Positions 19,082 to 28,426 of a stretch of DNA of 64,000 nucleotides are shown piece after piece. This DNA comes from an uncultured virus (IMG/VR IMGVR_UViG_3300005193_000001) (lineage: Duplodnaviria > Heunggongvirae > Uroviricota > Caudoviricetes). Position 1 is the first letter of the stretch. Each line of letters starts with the position of its first letter. Position numbers and translations under genes: made by a program. The stretch is from IMG/VR virus record IMGVR_UViG_3300005193_000001, positions 62,001 through 126,000 of that record. One strand, given 5' to 3'. The notes under the pieces are model-generated. The model was not told the origin of the DNA. It searched no databases and saw only the letters and a list, made by a program, of their open reading frames with translations.

Positions 19082-19573
19082 TTAGCAGCGCTTAATTTCG
19101 AGTTCTACCTCGTTTCCAACTTCGTGACAATCGGGGCAGTATGCCTTTTTGCGGGGCTTGCCGTCGTAGTAGCAAGCCCAAGAGCATTCAGGACATTCGC
19201 GCTTCCACTTTGCCATAGCTTTTCTGGCTTCCTTGGGAAGCTCGGTGGTGCGGTTTGGGTTTGCGCCCACCTTTCGAGCCCAACTTTTCCAAGCTTCGTC
19301 GTGTCCGGAGGTACCTCTGTCTTCGAAGTCCAGAGCATGTGCTACCTCGTGGAGCACAATATCGACCAGAACCTCTTTGCTCACTTTGTCTTCGTGATCG
19401 ATAAAGAGGGAAGCCGAAAGCTCGATTATACGTTCTCGGCACTTGGCACGCCCCAAGGTCCTGCTGATATCGTTGTTGAACTCAACGTCCCACTCATCTA
19501 CGGGCCAATGGGCACCCGAAGCGTGAGTTTTAAGAGCAGACTTCGCGATTGCCTTGTACTGGTAGCTCTTCAT
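19082..19573 (-). CDS. SprT-like zinc metalloprotease
   Basis: LGRA, IELS, VLHEVAHAL (HExxH), GHDEAWK, C-terminal CPEC/CPDC. Confidence 0.88.
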   Translation of the reverse strand: MKSYQYKAIAKSALKTHASGAHWPVDEWDVEFNNDISRTLGRAKCRERIIELSASLFIDHEDKVSKEVLVDIVLHEVAHALDFEDRGTSGHDEAWKSWARKVGANPNRTTELPKEARKAMAKWKRECPECSWACYYDGKPRKKAYCPDCHEVGNEVELEIKRC

Positions 19574-19614
19574 GGGCTCAGGTTGGTTGGTGGTTGTTTC
19601 CGTTTTTCCACCCG

Positions 19615-19673
19615 TTTACACGCGTACGCGCCCACGCGGTTTCGCTCTCGCGTGATGCTTTACAAGGCCTTCA
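19615..19673 (-). promoter_or_regulatory. ECF-sigma-like promoter plus 11-bp tandem repeat
   Basis: Minus strand TGAAG-N6-TAAAG ... CGAAAC-N17-GTGTAAA, upstream of the SprT-like ATG at 19573. Confidence 0.6.
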
Positions 19674-19895
19674 CAAAAGCAGGTCTTTCAGCTCTTGCAG
19701 TCCATGCACCACCTCGCAGGTGCATTCTTCTATATTTTTGACTTCGTACCTTCCTCCTGGATGAATCTGAACGACAATCTTCGATCCCGGTTCCAGAAAT
19801 AGCACGCTGTCGTTGTTTATGACTTCGCAAGCGTGCTGTCCCGGTCCTTTCAGGGCTTTTGCTACTTTATCGGTTCCCTTCGATTCGGCAACCAT
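19671..19895 (-). CDS. Hypothetical protein
   Basis: 74 aa ORF after thyA. Confidence 0.5.
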   Translation of the reverse strand: MVAESKGTDKVAKALKGPGQHACEVINNDSVLFLEPGSKIVVQIHPGGRYEVKNIEECTCEVVHGLQELKDLLL

Positions 19896-19913
19896 GGCAT
19901 CTTTGGCGTTTAT

Positions 19914-20924
19914 TCAGGTAGCGATGGGCGCTTTTATGAATGGACCACACTTGTAGTTTTCAAGCTCGACTCCGAAGTCCTCCAAGGTCTCGAAGTCGAG
20001 ATCAATAGAAGGAGCGTTGTAAGCCGGGAGATCGATAAACTCGCGGCACTGCTCCAAGTGATTCTGGTAAACGTGCGTGTCACCTCCAATCCAAATAAAC
20101 CTTCCGGGTTCGTGTCCCGTGGCTCTAGACATGAGCAACAGCAGGAGACTATAAGATGTGAGATTGAAAGGAACGCCGAGAAACATGTCGGCACTTCTTT
20201 GGTACATCTGAAGGTGAAGCTTCCTTTTGTTCTCTCCGGGTTCGCTCCAGAACTGAAAGAGAACGTGACAAGGACTCAACGCTGCTTCTTCTGTTTCAAC
20301 GGGTCCGTGGTACTGCGGGTTCCAAGAGCTTACGACGTGCCGTCTGCTGTCCGGATTGTCTTGAAGCGAACTTTTGACCCTGCTTATTTGATCAATGGGC
20401 TCGTCGTATCCAATGACGGGCCAGCTTCTCCACATTTTGCCATAAATCGGACCGAGTTCATTTCCGAGAGCGTCCTTTTGGTCCCTATCCTTGATCTTTT
20501 CCACGTATTCCGACTTTGAAAGCGGCGTAGCGTCGAAATCCTTTTTCGCCACCTCCAACACTTTATCCTCGCTCATGTCCGCAACTTCGTCCATGTCATG
20601 AATTTTGACCATGGACTGGCGAGACATTTCAGCGAAATTGGACAGGTAAGCGTCGTAAGCGTTCGGTGTCCAGATCGATACCTCGTCGTCAAGAAGCGGC
20701 TTTATGTGGGTTTGTCCACGAAGAAACCACCTGAGTTCTGACACTATAGAGTCAAAGACTACACGTTTCTTGGTTATAATAGGGAACGAATCTTCGGATA
20801 CGTTCAATCGAATTCTGCGCCCAAATGCACTTCTCGTCCCTGTGTTTGTCCGGTCCTTTTTCTCCACACCTTCCGAGAGAACGCTTTTGAGAACTGAGGT
20901 GTATTCTTCGTCTATTCTAGCCAT
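19914..20924 (-). CDS. thyA: Thymidylate synthase (ThyA) with an internal insertion
   Basis: DRTNTGT, ELRWFLRG, LGPIYGKMWR, NPDSRRH, LSPCH (catalytic Cys), YQRSADMFLGVPFN (Asn indicates dUMP specificity), GDTHVYQNH. Confidence 0.96.
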   Translation of the reverse strand: MARIDEEYTSVLKSVLSEGVEKKDRTNTGTRSAFGRRIRLNVSEDSFPIITKKRVVFDSIVSELRWFLRGQTHIKPLLDDEVSIWTPNAYDAYLSNFAEMSRQSMVKIHDMDEVADMSEDKVLEVAKKDFDATPLSKSEYVEKIKDRDQKDALGNELGPIYGKMWRSWPVIGYDEPIDQISRVKSSLQDNPDSRRHVVSSWNPQYHGPVETEEAALSPCHVLFQFWSEPGENKRKLHLQMYQRSADMFLGVPFNLTSYSLLLLLMSRATGHEPGRFIWIGGDTHVYQNHLEQCREFIDLPAYNAPSIDLDFETLEDFGVELENYKCGPFIKAPIAT

Positions 20925-20928
20925 TATA

Positions 20929-21492
20929 TTATTTTCTGAATTCTAATTCGATAGAAGAACGCCTGTTTGTCGCTGGTTGATTGGTAACAATACCCTGTAA
21001 CCGCCCATTATCGCCGTTTTTCTCGTTGTTTCTAGCCAGTGCTACTTTGAATTCGTCTTTGTCTTCGTTACTCGTAGAATTGTGCTGGCTGTGAAACATG
21101 GGGTCTATGTCGTGGAAACCGATCTTGTCAAAATCGGGCTTGCCATCGAAGTGCCCGTTCCAAGTTTTCTTCCAGTATATGGCCTCGACGTGTTCTCTCA
21201 TTTCCATCGGATTTCCTATATTCGCGGCCCATTTAAATGATATACAGCTTGAAGGATTTGACTTCTTCAGCTTGTTCTTCATAAATTCTACGTTAGTTCC
21301 GAAGTTATCAGCCCACCTGAACATCCACCACTCTTTCGACACTTTATGTTTCAGCTTGTCTCTCCACTCTGGAAGTTCTTTCGCATATTCATAAGCAACT
21401 TCGGAAAAACTGACGGTACGAATAATGTACTCTATTTCCCAAGGTTTTAGACTGTTAAACAGAGACTTGGGATGTACGCGGTTCTTTACCAT
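20929..21492 (-). CDS. Hypothetical protein with short helical repeats
   Basis: Repeated F(R/K)WAxN(F/I)G motif. Confidence 0.55.
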   Translation of the reverse strand: MVKNRVHPKSLFNSLKPWEIEYIIRTVSFSEVAYEYAKELPEWRDKLKHKVSKEWWMFRWADNFGTNVEFMKNKLKKSNPSSCISFKWAANIGNPMEMREHVEAIYWKKTWNGHFDGKPDFDKIGFHDIDPMFHSQHNSTSNEDKDEFKVALARNNEKNGDNGRLQGIVTNQPATNRRSSIELEFRK

Positions 21493-21494
21493 TT

Positions 21495-21935
21495 TTAGAA
21501 CGGATCGTATTTGCCTTCTCGAACTGCAATTTCTGTTAACATTTGATACACGCGACTACTATAATTTTGCCACTTGTCCGTAGGCTTGCGATCACCGTCT
21601 GTCAAGATTTCGGTGAGACCCAAAGCCACTGCAGCGGACCTGCTCTGCCCCGCCAAACAGTGAACGTGCAGCGTGTGATTTTCGTCCTCCGTAGGTACCG
21701 AGTTTTGAACGAATCCAAGTATCTTTTTTGCGTGACCGCTATCAAATGACGACAGCCCCGTCATATCTCCTTCCGTGTCGTGAAAGTAAGTCCGAAGAAG
21801 CCTACCGTCAAAGTCTTCGGAGTCCAGATCAGCTTCCTTTCCCGGAGCCTGGATGGAGATCATGGAACTGTTCTCTTTCTCTTCATCAGAAAGATTCTCG
21901 GCCTCCGAGAGCGAATGGATCTTTACGTTGATCAT
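21495..21935 (-). CDS. Protein-tyrosine/dual-specificity phosphatase-like protein
   Basis: HVHCLAGQSRSAAVA (CX5R) and upstream FHD acid loop. Confidence 0.88.
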   Translation of the reverse strand: MINVKIHSLSEAENLSDEEKENSSMISIQAPGKEADLDSEDFDGRLLRTYFHDTEGDMTGLSSFDSGHAKKILGFVQNSVPTEDENHTLHVHCLAGQSRSAAVALGLTEILTDGDRKPTDKWQNYSSRVYQMLTEIAVREGKYDPF

Positions 21936-21936
21936 T

Positions 21937-23730
21937 TTATCTGCTGAGTTCTATTTCGAGTTGTTGTGGTGGACTCACCGCTAGTGATGGCGGAGAGGTG
22001 TCGGTGATTCCAACGTGCATAACGCTGTAGTTCGTTTCAACGTAGTCCTTGAAGAATCTGTAAAAGTCTCCAAGAATGCTTGTACCCTCGTCAACCTCTT
22101 CCCGGTTTTCGCTTTCGTAGTTCATAGCCCTCGCGCCGAATCCCTGATATTCTATGTTGAAAGCTTTGTCAACTATGGGGTCCGGAGCGTCTTCTATTCC
22201 GAGATCGGGGTCAAACTGTTTAGCTTTCACGTCTATGTCTTGAAGCTGCTGAGGTGGTGTGGCCAGTTCTCTCGAAACAAACTTCCACTCGTCGTTGTTC
22301 TCAATGTCGAAAAATGGAGCGTTGCGAAGTATCTGTTCGTTGCTAGTGCTTTGAAAAGTCTCCGGTCCGAGGGCCGTTAAACTGTTGATCTGGTCTCCGG
22401 GAACGAACAATTGTAAATTAATGATGGCGGTCACGCTTCCAGATGTGGTACTGTCGGTGACATATGGAGACTCGAAGTCGTAGAAGTATGCATTCCCCGT
22501 AGCTACTACCTTGTCGTTGTCGCTTCCGGAAACCTCGAAGGTCACGTAATCGCTGTCGAGTTTATCGTTGAAGAAGTCTGCTAGATTTTGGGGGTCACTA
22601 AAAGAAGACGGCAAAGACTGCAGATCAAATGCTTGCTCGTCGCTATCAATCGTGAAAGTGGTAAAAGAGACGGATTCGAATTGTCCGAGACCAAAAGTAG
22701 AGTCGTCGTTGAAGTCGTGAACTAAGAGGTCATTGGCTATCGTCTTGACATAAGCGTTTCTGCCCCATTCTACACCTATTGACTCCGATATTTGCAGATC
22801 ACCTTGTCCAGCGTCGATGCTCGTTTCGAAGTCGCTAAAGGGGGCATTCGTATCGAGGTTCATCGTGGCTTCGAATAACACGGCTCCGGTTGATCCCCTC
22901 GTCGTGGTGTTGGGAAAGTTGAAGGTTATGTCCTGTTCTTCCAATTCTTCGTTTGCCGTGGCTCTTGGGCTGAAAACGCTTTGAAGTTTGTCTTCCAAGG
23001 AGTCTGTGGGATTTGTCTTCCAGACAAACCTGTTCTCGGGATCTGGGTTCGACACCGTGAAGTCTATGTCTTTGAAAATCTCCGCGCTTTCTGCCGGGAT
23101 GATCGTTGAAACGAGGACTCTTCTAAATCCATTCGGAGCATTTTTGGGAAGAATGTTGAATATCGGAATGGGATTTCCGCCATCCGGGTCTGTTCGAACA
23201 GGAAATGTCTTAACGAGACCCAAAACGGCTATGGCCTGGAATACACGGCTCAGATAGCATTCCGTCAAAGTTCTTCTGTCGGGGTAGGAGAGACCGCCTA
23301 TGTACGGATCTACGGGGTCTTGACCGGGATCGAGGATTTGGTTAATGCATTCGTCCGCTACGCCGCTGTTTTGGATCAGAATCTTTGCGGCGTTGGGGCT
23401 GTAGGTGTCGGGTAGGTTAGAGTAAAACGTCTCCGCTATTGGGCGAAACGCGGTTTCCGCATACAGGTTCTTTTCTTGATCCACGATTCCCCATTGAACC
23501 TGTACCGCTCGTTTCTTACCAAAGTTAAAAGAACGAGCGGCTTCGATTACGTTATCGAGCCCGAAATCCCGATAGAGTTCCTTGTTCTTGCTGTTATTCA
23601 AGACCACACCATCGATATCTCGGTCTACCAACTTGTCGTCTTCAAAATCCAGTCTACCGAGTTCTACTGGAAACTCGTCGTCCGCAAGCAGCAGGAAATC
23701 GTGTATCGTATCTGGATCTCCTTGTATCAT
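21937..23730 (-). CDS. Large acidic hypothetical protein, possibly virion-associated
   Basis: 597 aa, D/S/T/F-rich; no motif recognised. Confidence 0.65.
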   Translation of the reverse strand: MIQGDPDTIHDFLLLADDEFPVELGRLDFEDDKLVDRDIDGVVLNNSKNKELYRDFGLDNVIEAARSFNFGKKRAVQVQWGIVDQEKNLYAETAFRPIAETFYSNLPDTYSPNAAKILIQNSGVADECINQILDPGQDPVDPYIGGLSYPDRRTLTECYLSRVFQAIAVLGLVKTFPVRTDPDGGNPIPIFNILPKNAPNGFRRVLVSTIIPAESAEIFKDIDFTVSNPDPENRFVWKTNPTDSLEDKLQSVFSPRATANEELEEQDITFNFPNTTTRGSTGAVLFEATMNLDTNAPFSDFETSIDAGQGDLQISESIGVEWGRNAYVKTIANDLLVHDFNDDSTFGLGQFESVSFTTFTIDSDEQAFDLQSLPSSFSDPQNLADFFNDKLDSDYVTFEVSGSDNDKVVATGNAYFYDFESPYVTDSTTSGSVTAIINLQLFVPGDQINSLTALGPETFQSTSNEQILRNAPFFDIENNDEWKFVSRELATPPQQLQDIDVKAKQFDPDLGIEDAPDPIVDKAFNIEYQGFGARAMNYESENREEVDEGTSILGDFYRFFKDYVETNYSVMHVGITDTSPPSLAVSPPQQLEIELSR

Positions 23731-23789
23731 AACATTTTCACAAAAGCTTAAAGAAACTTCACGACCTTCAGAGTCGTGAAAGACCTGAC

Positions 23790-24026
23790 ATGATGAAGTC
23801 CTGGGAGGTTAATTACTTGAAAGACTTGCTCAAAGACGGAGAAGTGTATCCTGTCGGTGCATCTTACCAGATGATGGTCTTTAAAGACAGGATTATGGTG
23901 GCGTTACCTGAAAGGACGGAGAAGCCCGATTTTCTGCTTTCGAAACCTGATTTTCCGAAAGACCCAGACGGGTGTGAACGCTACTGGTGGGGCTTCACAG
24001 ACGAGAAGCTGGGCGTTGAGAAGTAA
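23790..24026 (+). CDS. Hypothetical protein
   Basis: ATG 8 nt after an AGAAAC-N18-GTGAAA element (23752-23781). Confidence 0.5.
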   Translation: MMKSWEVNYLKDLLKDGEVYPVGASYQMMVFKDRIMVALPERTEKPDFLLSKPDFPKDPDGCERYWWGFTDEKLGVEK

Positions 24027-24027
24027 A

Positions 24028-24543
24028 TTACTCTATTTCGTTCATCGGATCATCGAACCACCACGGAACTTCCGTTTCTTTTATTCTTCTGCCATACTCT
24101 TCCTTGTCCGGCGTTTCTCTTCCCTTAACCACGTCTTCGACGAATCCAAGCGTGATCGCGTTTGCGACAATATCTCCGCACCTCGCAGTCACCTCTTTTT
24201 TAAGTCCATCGATGATGATGCTTCCAGTCACGCCAGCGAATTCTGAATAGAGCTCGTTCGGTACTTCGATTTCTCTCGTGGAATACACGAAATCGTAGTG
24301 GGTCATCGGGAAGTTATGGACAACGTACTCGTCTCGAACGCAAATCCGCTTGAACCCCGCTACGTTGATCCACTCGGCGTACCCGTTTTCCGAAAGAACT
24401 TTCGGTTCTCCGAACGTTTCGGCAAGCTTCTGGGTATATTCCGCTGGAGGGTCGTGCGTCCACCTTTCCGTAGCTTCACGAACACGCTCCTGTTCTCGGA
24501 TAACGCGCCTTACGTTTTCTTTGATGAATTTGCGCAACGACAT
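24028..24543 (-). CDS. Viral protein with N-terminal LRKFIKENVRRVIRE motif
   Basis: 171 aa; DEYVVH...HYDFVYS...GSIIIDGLKKEVTARCG. Confidence 0.7.
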   Translation of the reverse strand: MSLRKFIKENVRRVIREQERVREATERWTHDPPAEYTQKLAETFGEPKVLSENGYAEWINVAGFKRICVRDEYVVHNFPMTHYDFVYSTREIEVPNELYSEFAGVTGSIIIDGLKKEVTARCGDIVANAITLGFVEDVVKGRETPDKEEYGRRIKETEVPWWFDDPMNEIE

Positions 24544-24561
24544 AGCTATCTTCCTTGATTT

Positions 24562-24912
24562 TTAAGTTCTCGCCATGAATGGAACGTCGAGCTTCTCAGC
24601 TTCTCCGTTCTTGATTTGTCTTTTAATCATTTCGCGACTTCTGGCATTGTCGATAGCGACTGGCTTCCCGGACTCGTAACCAAGAATTCGCTCGATCTCG
24701 ATATCTTCTCCGCGTCGAACAACGTCAACGGCAAGCATGTCGCCGCCGTAACGGGAGTCGGGGTTAGCTACTCCATAGACTTCGCCCTTTTCTTCTGCGG
24801 ACCGCCTACCGCCGACACCCGTTCGTGCTCGTGCTTCTGAAATTTCTTCTCGTACCAAATTCTTGATCAAAGATCTCAATTTGGCTTCCTTACTCGTCTC
24901 GTTAAATCTCAT
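24562..24912 (-). CDS. Small protein with KLRSLIKNLVREEI motif
   Basis: 35/42 nt identity with the 5' part of 24918..25115. Confidence 0.65.
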   Translation of the reverse strand: MRFNETSKEAKLRSLIKNLVREEISEARARTGVGGRRSAEEKGEVYGVANPDSRYGGDMLAVDVVRRGEDIEIERILGYESGKPVAIDNARSREMIKRQIKNGEAEKLDVPFMART

Positions 24913-24917
24913 AGTTA

Positions 24918-25115
24918 TTATTTGTATTTATCGCTTTTCCTTTTTTCTCCATCCGAACGTTCGATGTATCCCTGCGCTTTGCAGCTTGCTCTTTGAGTGA
25001 ACCCCATTTCTGACTTCGGGGTGTTCTTGCAGTATTCTTCGCTCGTCTTCTCTTTTAGGATTTCCTCTCGTACCAAACCTTTAATCAAGGATCTTAATTT
25101 GGATCTTTTGCTCAT
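24918..25115 (-). CDS. Small protein with KLRSLIKGLVREEI motif
   Basis: YCKNTP..MGFTQRASCKAQG. Confidence 0.65.
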   Translation of the reverse strand: MSKRSKLRSLIKGLVREEILKEKTSEEYCKNTPKSEMGFTQRASCKAQGYIERSDGEKRKSDKYK

Positions 25116-25154
25116 AATTCTTTGTAAATTTGGTCTATCCTTACGTAGTTTCGT

Positions 25155-25367
25155 TCAAATTTTATCCGCCAGATTCTCGATAAAGTCTTTGGATACTACT
25201 AGCCGCCTGTTAATATCGTGAATTCCTTCTTTATCGACTCCACCTATCTGTTCGAAGACCTCGTACTTATCGTCCTCCAGCTTTTTCGCACAGACATAGA
25301 TTTCATGGCCTTCCCCTTCGTCGGAGAAATCGGAACCATCTTCATCGCATTTCTGTCTGAAAACCAT
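25155..25367 (-). CDS. Hypothetical protein
   Basis: ATG 23 nt after the late-type motif GATACTTATA (25391-25400). Confidence 0.55.
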   Translation of the reverse strand: MVFRQKCDEDGSDFSDEGEGHEIYVCAKKLEDDKYEVFEQIGGVDKEGIHDINRRLVVSKDFIENLADKI

Positions 25368-25408
25368 TGTTGTCGCGGGTTGAAGTCACTTATAAGTATC
25401 AGCCGATA

Positions 25409-25455
25409 TGAAGCCTCTTTGAAGACCGGAACAAGACTCATGAACGTCGGTTAAC
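25409..25455 (+). promoter_or_regulatory. ECF-sigma-like promoter plus 11-bp tandem repeat upstream of the purZ-like operon
   Basis: TGAAG-N6-TGAAG-AC-CGGAAC-N17-GTTAAC. Confidence 0.65.
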
Positions 25456-25505
25456 AATAATCGCACGAAGGCACTGAACCTACAAATTACTTTATTGATT
25501 TTAAT

Positions 25506-26606
25506 ATGAGTGATACGTTAGAACAACCAAGAAGTTATGCGGACGTAGTTGTCGGCGGACAAGCCGGAAGTGAGGGAAAGGGCGCACTCGTCGCTCACCT
25601 CCTCCGAGAAGAAGATTACGCCGCTGCCGTACGTCCCGGATCTTCTAACGCCGGACACACGGTTTACGACGACGAAGGAGAGCCCTACGTTCATCAAGTC
25701 ATTCCATCAGCAGCTACCGTCACCGACGACGTCCACTGCTACATGGCCCCCGAATCTTCGTTTGGGCTCGACGAGTTCTTCGAAGAGTACCAAGATATGG
25801 TTGATCGATGGGGAGCCGAGAATGCCCGAGATCGTATGCGGATTGACAAAAAGGCCGCTATCATCACGCATGAACACCGGGCTACAGAAACGAACAAGAA
25901 ACTCGGAAAGGACATTGGTTCTACGGTTCATGGTTGCGGCGCTGTGCGAGTGGAGAAGATCTGGCGCTCCGCTGGAGACGTGAGACTCGCTGAACAGTAC
26001 GAAGGTCTCGACGACTTCGTCACCGGACGACGGGTTCCGGAAATGCTGACCCAACACGGACAACGAGACGAGTCTGTAATCGTGGAGGGAACGCAGGGTA
26101 CCCTTCTTTCCATGAACCAGTCTCCTCACTGGCCGTTTTCTACGAGCCGTGACTGCGTGGCGTCTTCTTTCCTTTCTTCTTGTGGGCTCCCACCTTCGGC
26201 TGCGAACGACGTATGGGCGGTGTTCCGTACTTACCCGATTCGAGTTGGAGGGTACAGTGGACCCATGGACGGAGAAGAGATCGACTTTGAAACAATCGCT
26301 GAGAGGGCTGGTCACGAAGTTCCTCCAGTAGAGTTCACTTCGGTCACGAACAAGAAGCGCCGAATCTTCGAGTGGTCTTGGGAACAGTTTGAGTATACTA
26401 TCACGCTCAACGACCCCAACAAGCTCGCGATCACGTTCATCGACTACCTCAATGCTGACGACTTCGGCGTCGAGGAATGGGAGAACCTGTCCGATACTTC
26501 CAAGATGTTCGTTCAAAAGGTAGATCAGAGGGCCGAAGACATGAACGGCTCTTCTGTCGAATTCTTGAAGACCGGACCGCGTCCTGAGCACAGTATCGTA
26601 CTCTAA
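25506..26606 (+). CDS. purZ: Adenylosuccinate synthetase family protein of PurZ/PurZ0 type (candidate dSMP synthetase)
   Basis: GGQAGSEGKG (PurA GDEGKG with Asp->Ser), NAGHT, IGSTVHGCG, EGTQG, TSRD, FRTYPIRVGG, TSVTNKKRR, TFIDY; short 366-aa form. Family membership is secure; the PurZ0 assignment is by motif only. Confidence 0.75.
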   Translation: MSDTLEQPRSYADVVVGGQAGSEGKGALVAHLLREEDYAAAVRPGSSNAGHTVYDDEGEPYVHQVIPSAATVTDDVHCYMAPESSFGLDEFFEEYQDMVDRWGAENARDRMRIDKKAAIITHEHRATETNKKLGKDIGSTVHGCGAVRVEKIWRSAGDVRLAEQYEGLDDFVTGRRVPEMLTQHGQRDESVIVEGTQGTLLSMNQSPHWPFSTSRDCVASSFLSSCGLPPSAANDVWAVFRTYPIRVGGYSGPMDGEEIDFETIAERAGHEVPPVEFTSVTNKKRRIFEWSWEQFEYTITLNDPNKLAITFIDYLNADDFGVEEWENLSDTSKMFVQKVDQRAEDMNGSSVEFLKTGPRPEHSIVL

Positions 26607-26610
26607 ACCC

Positions 26611-27735
26611 ATGGGTGGCAACGCTCTAAATGTGGAGACCGAAAGGGCGTCTCCACACCATTATCTTAACGTCTTTGTTCAGGTTCAACACAAAATTCTG
26701 AACGAGTGGCCTAATGCCCAATTGTACCTGCCGCGCAAGCACAGGTACAAGCAGGACCATGGAGACCTTGATCTCCTCGTCCGGAGGGACACGGTTGATC
26801 TCTCGCGGGATTGGATAAAGGAGAGCTTCGGCGTCGAAGAGGTCCACGTCAATGATGGCGTCTGGACTTTCGGCGTCGGGCTCCCTTTCCCCGCGAGTGA
26901 CACTTATGAGGTAAGCAATCTACAGGTTGACCTTGTCACAAAACGTCAGGAGCATTGGGGAATGGCGAAGGCGTTCTTCGATCAGAGCGGACTTGGCAAC
27001 CTCCAAGGCAAACTCGCTCGTTGGCTCAGGTACAAGTGGGGTTTCCAAGGGCTGCGAATGCCCGTCTACAAGGACCCCGATGGCGAAAGGAGCATCAAAT
27101 ACGGCGAGTACGTGCTCACCCAAGATCCCCAAGAAGCCTTCGAGTTCCTTGGTTTCGATTGGGACAGATTTGAAGAAGGCTTCCAGAATATGAGCCAGAT
27201 CTTCGAATATGTGAAGTCGAGCGAGTACTTCTGCCGGGAGCCGTTCATGCCAAAAAATATGACCGCCGACCAGAAACAAAGGGACCGCAAGCGTCCCGTT
27301 TGGGACCAGTTCGGTAGTTACCTTAAAGATCTCGAAAAGCTTGGTGAGCTTCCGTCGAAACCCGACAGCAGACCTACGCAGGAAGAGGCAATAGAGAAAG
27401 CGAAAGAAGCCTTCCCGTTCTGCGATCTTCACGATCAACTTTCTTTGGACAGAGAGCGCGTGCTACTTCGGGGAAAAGCGAAAGAAACCTTCACCGGACG
27501 CGATCCTATGGAGGAGTTTGGCGTGGAAGGCAAAGAGCTTGGAGAAATGCTCAGCAACTTCTACGAGACCTTCAACACCTCTAGGCACCGCTACGAGTGG
27601 TTGGTGCGAAACAGCCGCGAAGAAGCACTTGAGCGGTTCAAATTCGCAAATTCCGACGAGTTTGAAGATGTAGATCTCGAAAAGGCCCAAGGCGACGAAA
27701 AATCAATCACTATGGGTAATCGCAAACGATACTAA
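26611..27735 (+). CDS. DNA polymerase beta-superfamily nucleotidyltransferase
   Basis: KQDHGDLDLLV (GDxD) plus third Asp in QVDLV; starts 4 nt after the purZ stop. Confidence 0.75.
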   Translation: MGGNALNVETERASPHHYLNVFVQVQHKILNEWPNAQLYLPRKHRYKQDHGDLDLLVRRDTVDLSRDWIKESFGVEEVHVNDGVWTFGVGLPFPASDTYEVSNLQVDLVTKRQEHWGMAKAFFDQSGLGNLQGKLARWLRYKWGFQGLRMPVYKDPDGERSIKYGEYVLTQDPQEAFEFLGFDWDRFEEGFQNMSQIFEYVKSSEYFCREPFMPKNMTADQKQRDRKRPVWDQFGSYLKDLEKLGELPSKPDSRPTQEEAIEKAKEAFPFCDLHDQLSLDRERVLLRGKAKETFTGRDPMEEFGVEGKELGEMLSNFYETFNTSRHRYEWLVRNSREEALERFKFANSDEFEDVDLEKAQGDEKSITMGNRKRY

Positions 27736-27752
27736 ATCCGTTCACGCAACTT

Positions 27753-27989
27753 ATGGACACGGAACAGTTGCACGACTTCATAGACGACGCGATTCGCTGG
27801 ACAGTAATTGGCACGGTATCCTTCATGTTCATTTCCGTGAGCATGGTATCGCTCGTCGTATCCATACCCTTCCTTATCGCGCTGGCTCTGTGTTTGATAA
27901 CCGTGCTTTTCATTTCTGGAGCCACATGGCTTGTGATTGTGGTTCCTAAAGTCGCTTGGGAAGAGTACCAGAACTACAAAAACAAATAG
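27753..27989 (+). CDS. Small membrane protein
   Basis: Long hydrophobic stretch (about 2 TM). Confidence 0.55.
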   Translation: MDTEQLHDFIDDAIRWTVIGTVSFMFISVSMVSLVVSIPFLIALALCLITVLFISGATWLVIVVPKVAWEEYQNYKNK

Positions 27990-27990
27990 C

Positions 27991-28425
27991 ATGAAAACAA
28001 GCACCGATCTAGCGTTAAAACGCGAAGAACTTATTGAATCCGGAAAGCTTCTGAACACCGCCGAGACCTTTACCGCCCGCGTGTATGTGGGGCTTTACGA
28101 CACCGAAAGTGATTTGGAACAAAGTCAGATCAAGCTGCGAAGATCTTGTCAGCAGTTTGTTGAAGAAGTAGGTCTCTGTGTCAACGTTCAGGAAACGGTC
28201 TATCAATATGGCTCCAATAGAACGGGAGGAAAAGAAAAGGGAGCAGTTGTTGAGCTTATACACTATCCTAGATTCGAGCATGGGAATCCGGAGGAGAAGA
28301 TAACCGTGAACGCGCTGGACTTGGCGGAAATGTTGATGGAAGAATTTCATCAAAAGCGAGTATCAGTAGTAACCAATACGGAGACTTACACTCTTCAGAA
28401 TCCCGACCACGAAGACGTGTTGTAA
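27991..28425 (+). CDS. Hypothetical phage protein
   Basis: Likely start MKTSTD; LCVNV...GKEKGAVVELIHYPRF...FHQKRVSVV. Confidence 0.65.
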   Translation: MKTSTDLALKREELIESGKLLNTAETFTARVYVGLYDTESDLEQSQIKLRRSCQQFVEEVGLCVNVQETVYQYGSNRTGGKEKGAVVELIHYPRFEHGNPEEKITVNALDLAEMLMEEFHQKRVSVVTNTETYTLQNPDHEDVL

Positions 28426-28426
28426 C

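Noticed and set aside
19914..20924. ThyA homologue as a dCMP/dUMP hydroxymethylase for base modification
   Set aside because: Canonical ThyA motifs (PCH, YQRSAD, GVPFN) are retained
25506..26606. Annotation as ordinary purA
   Set aside because: Catalytic Asp replaced by Ser and the RTYPIRV signature fit PurZ/PurZ0 better; not excluded without an assay
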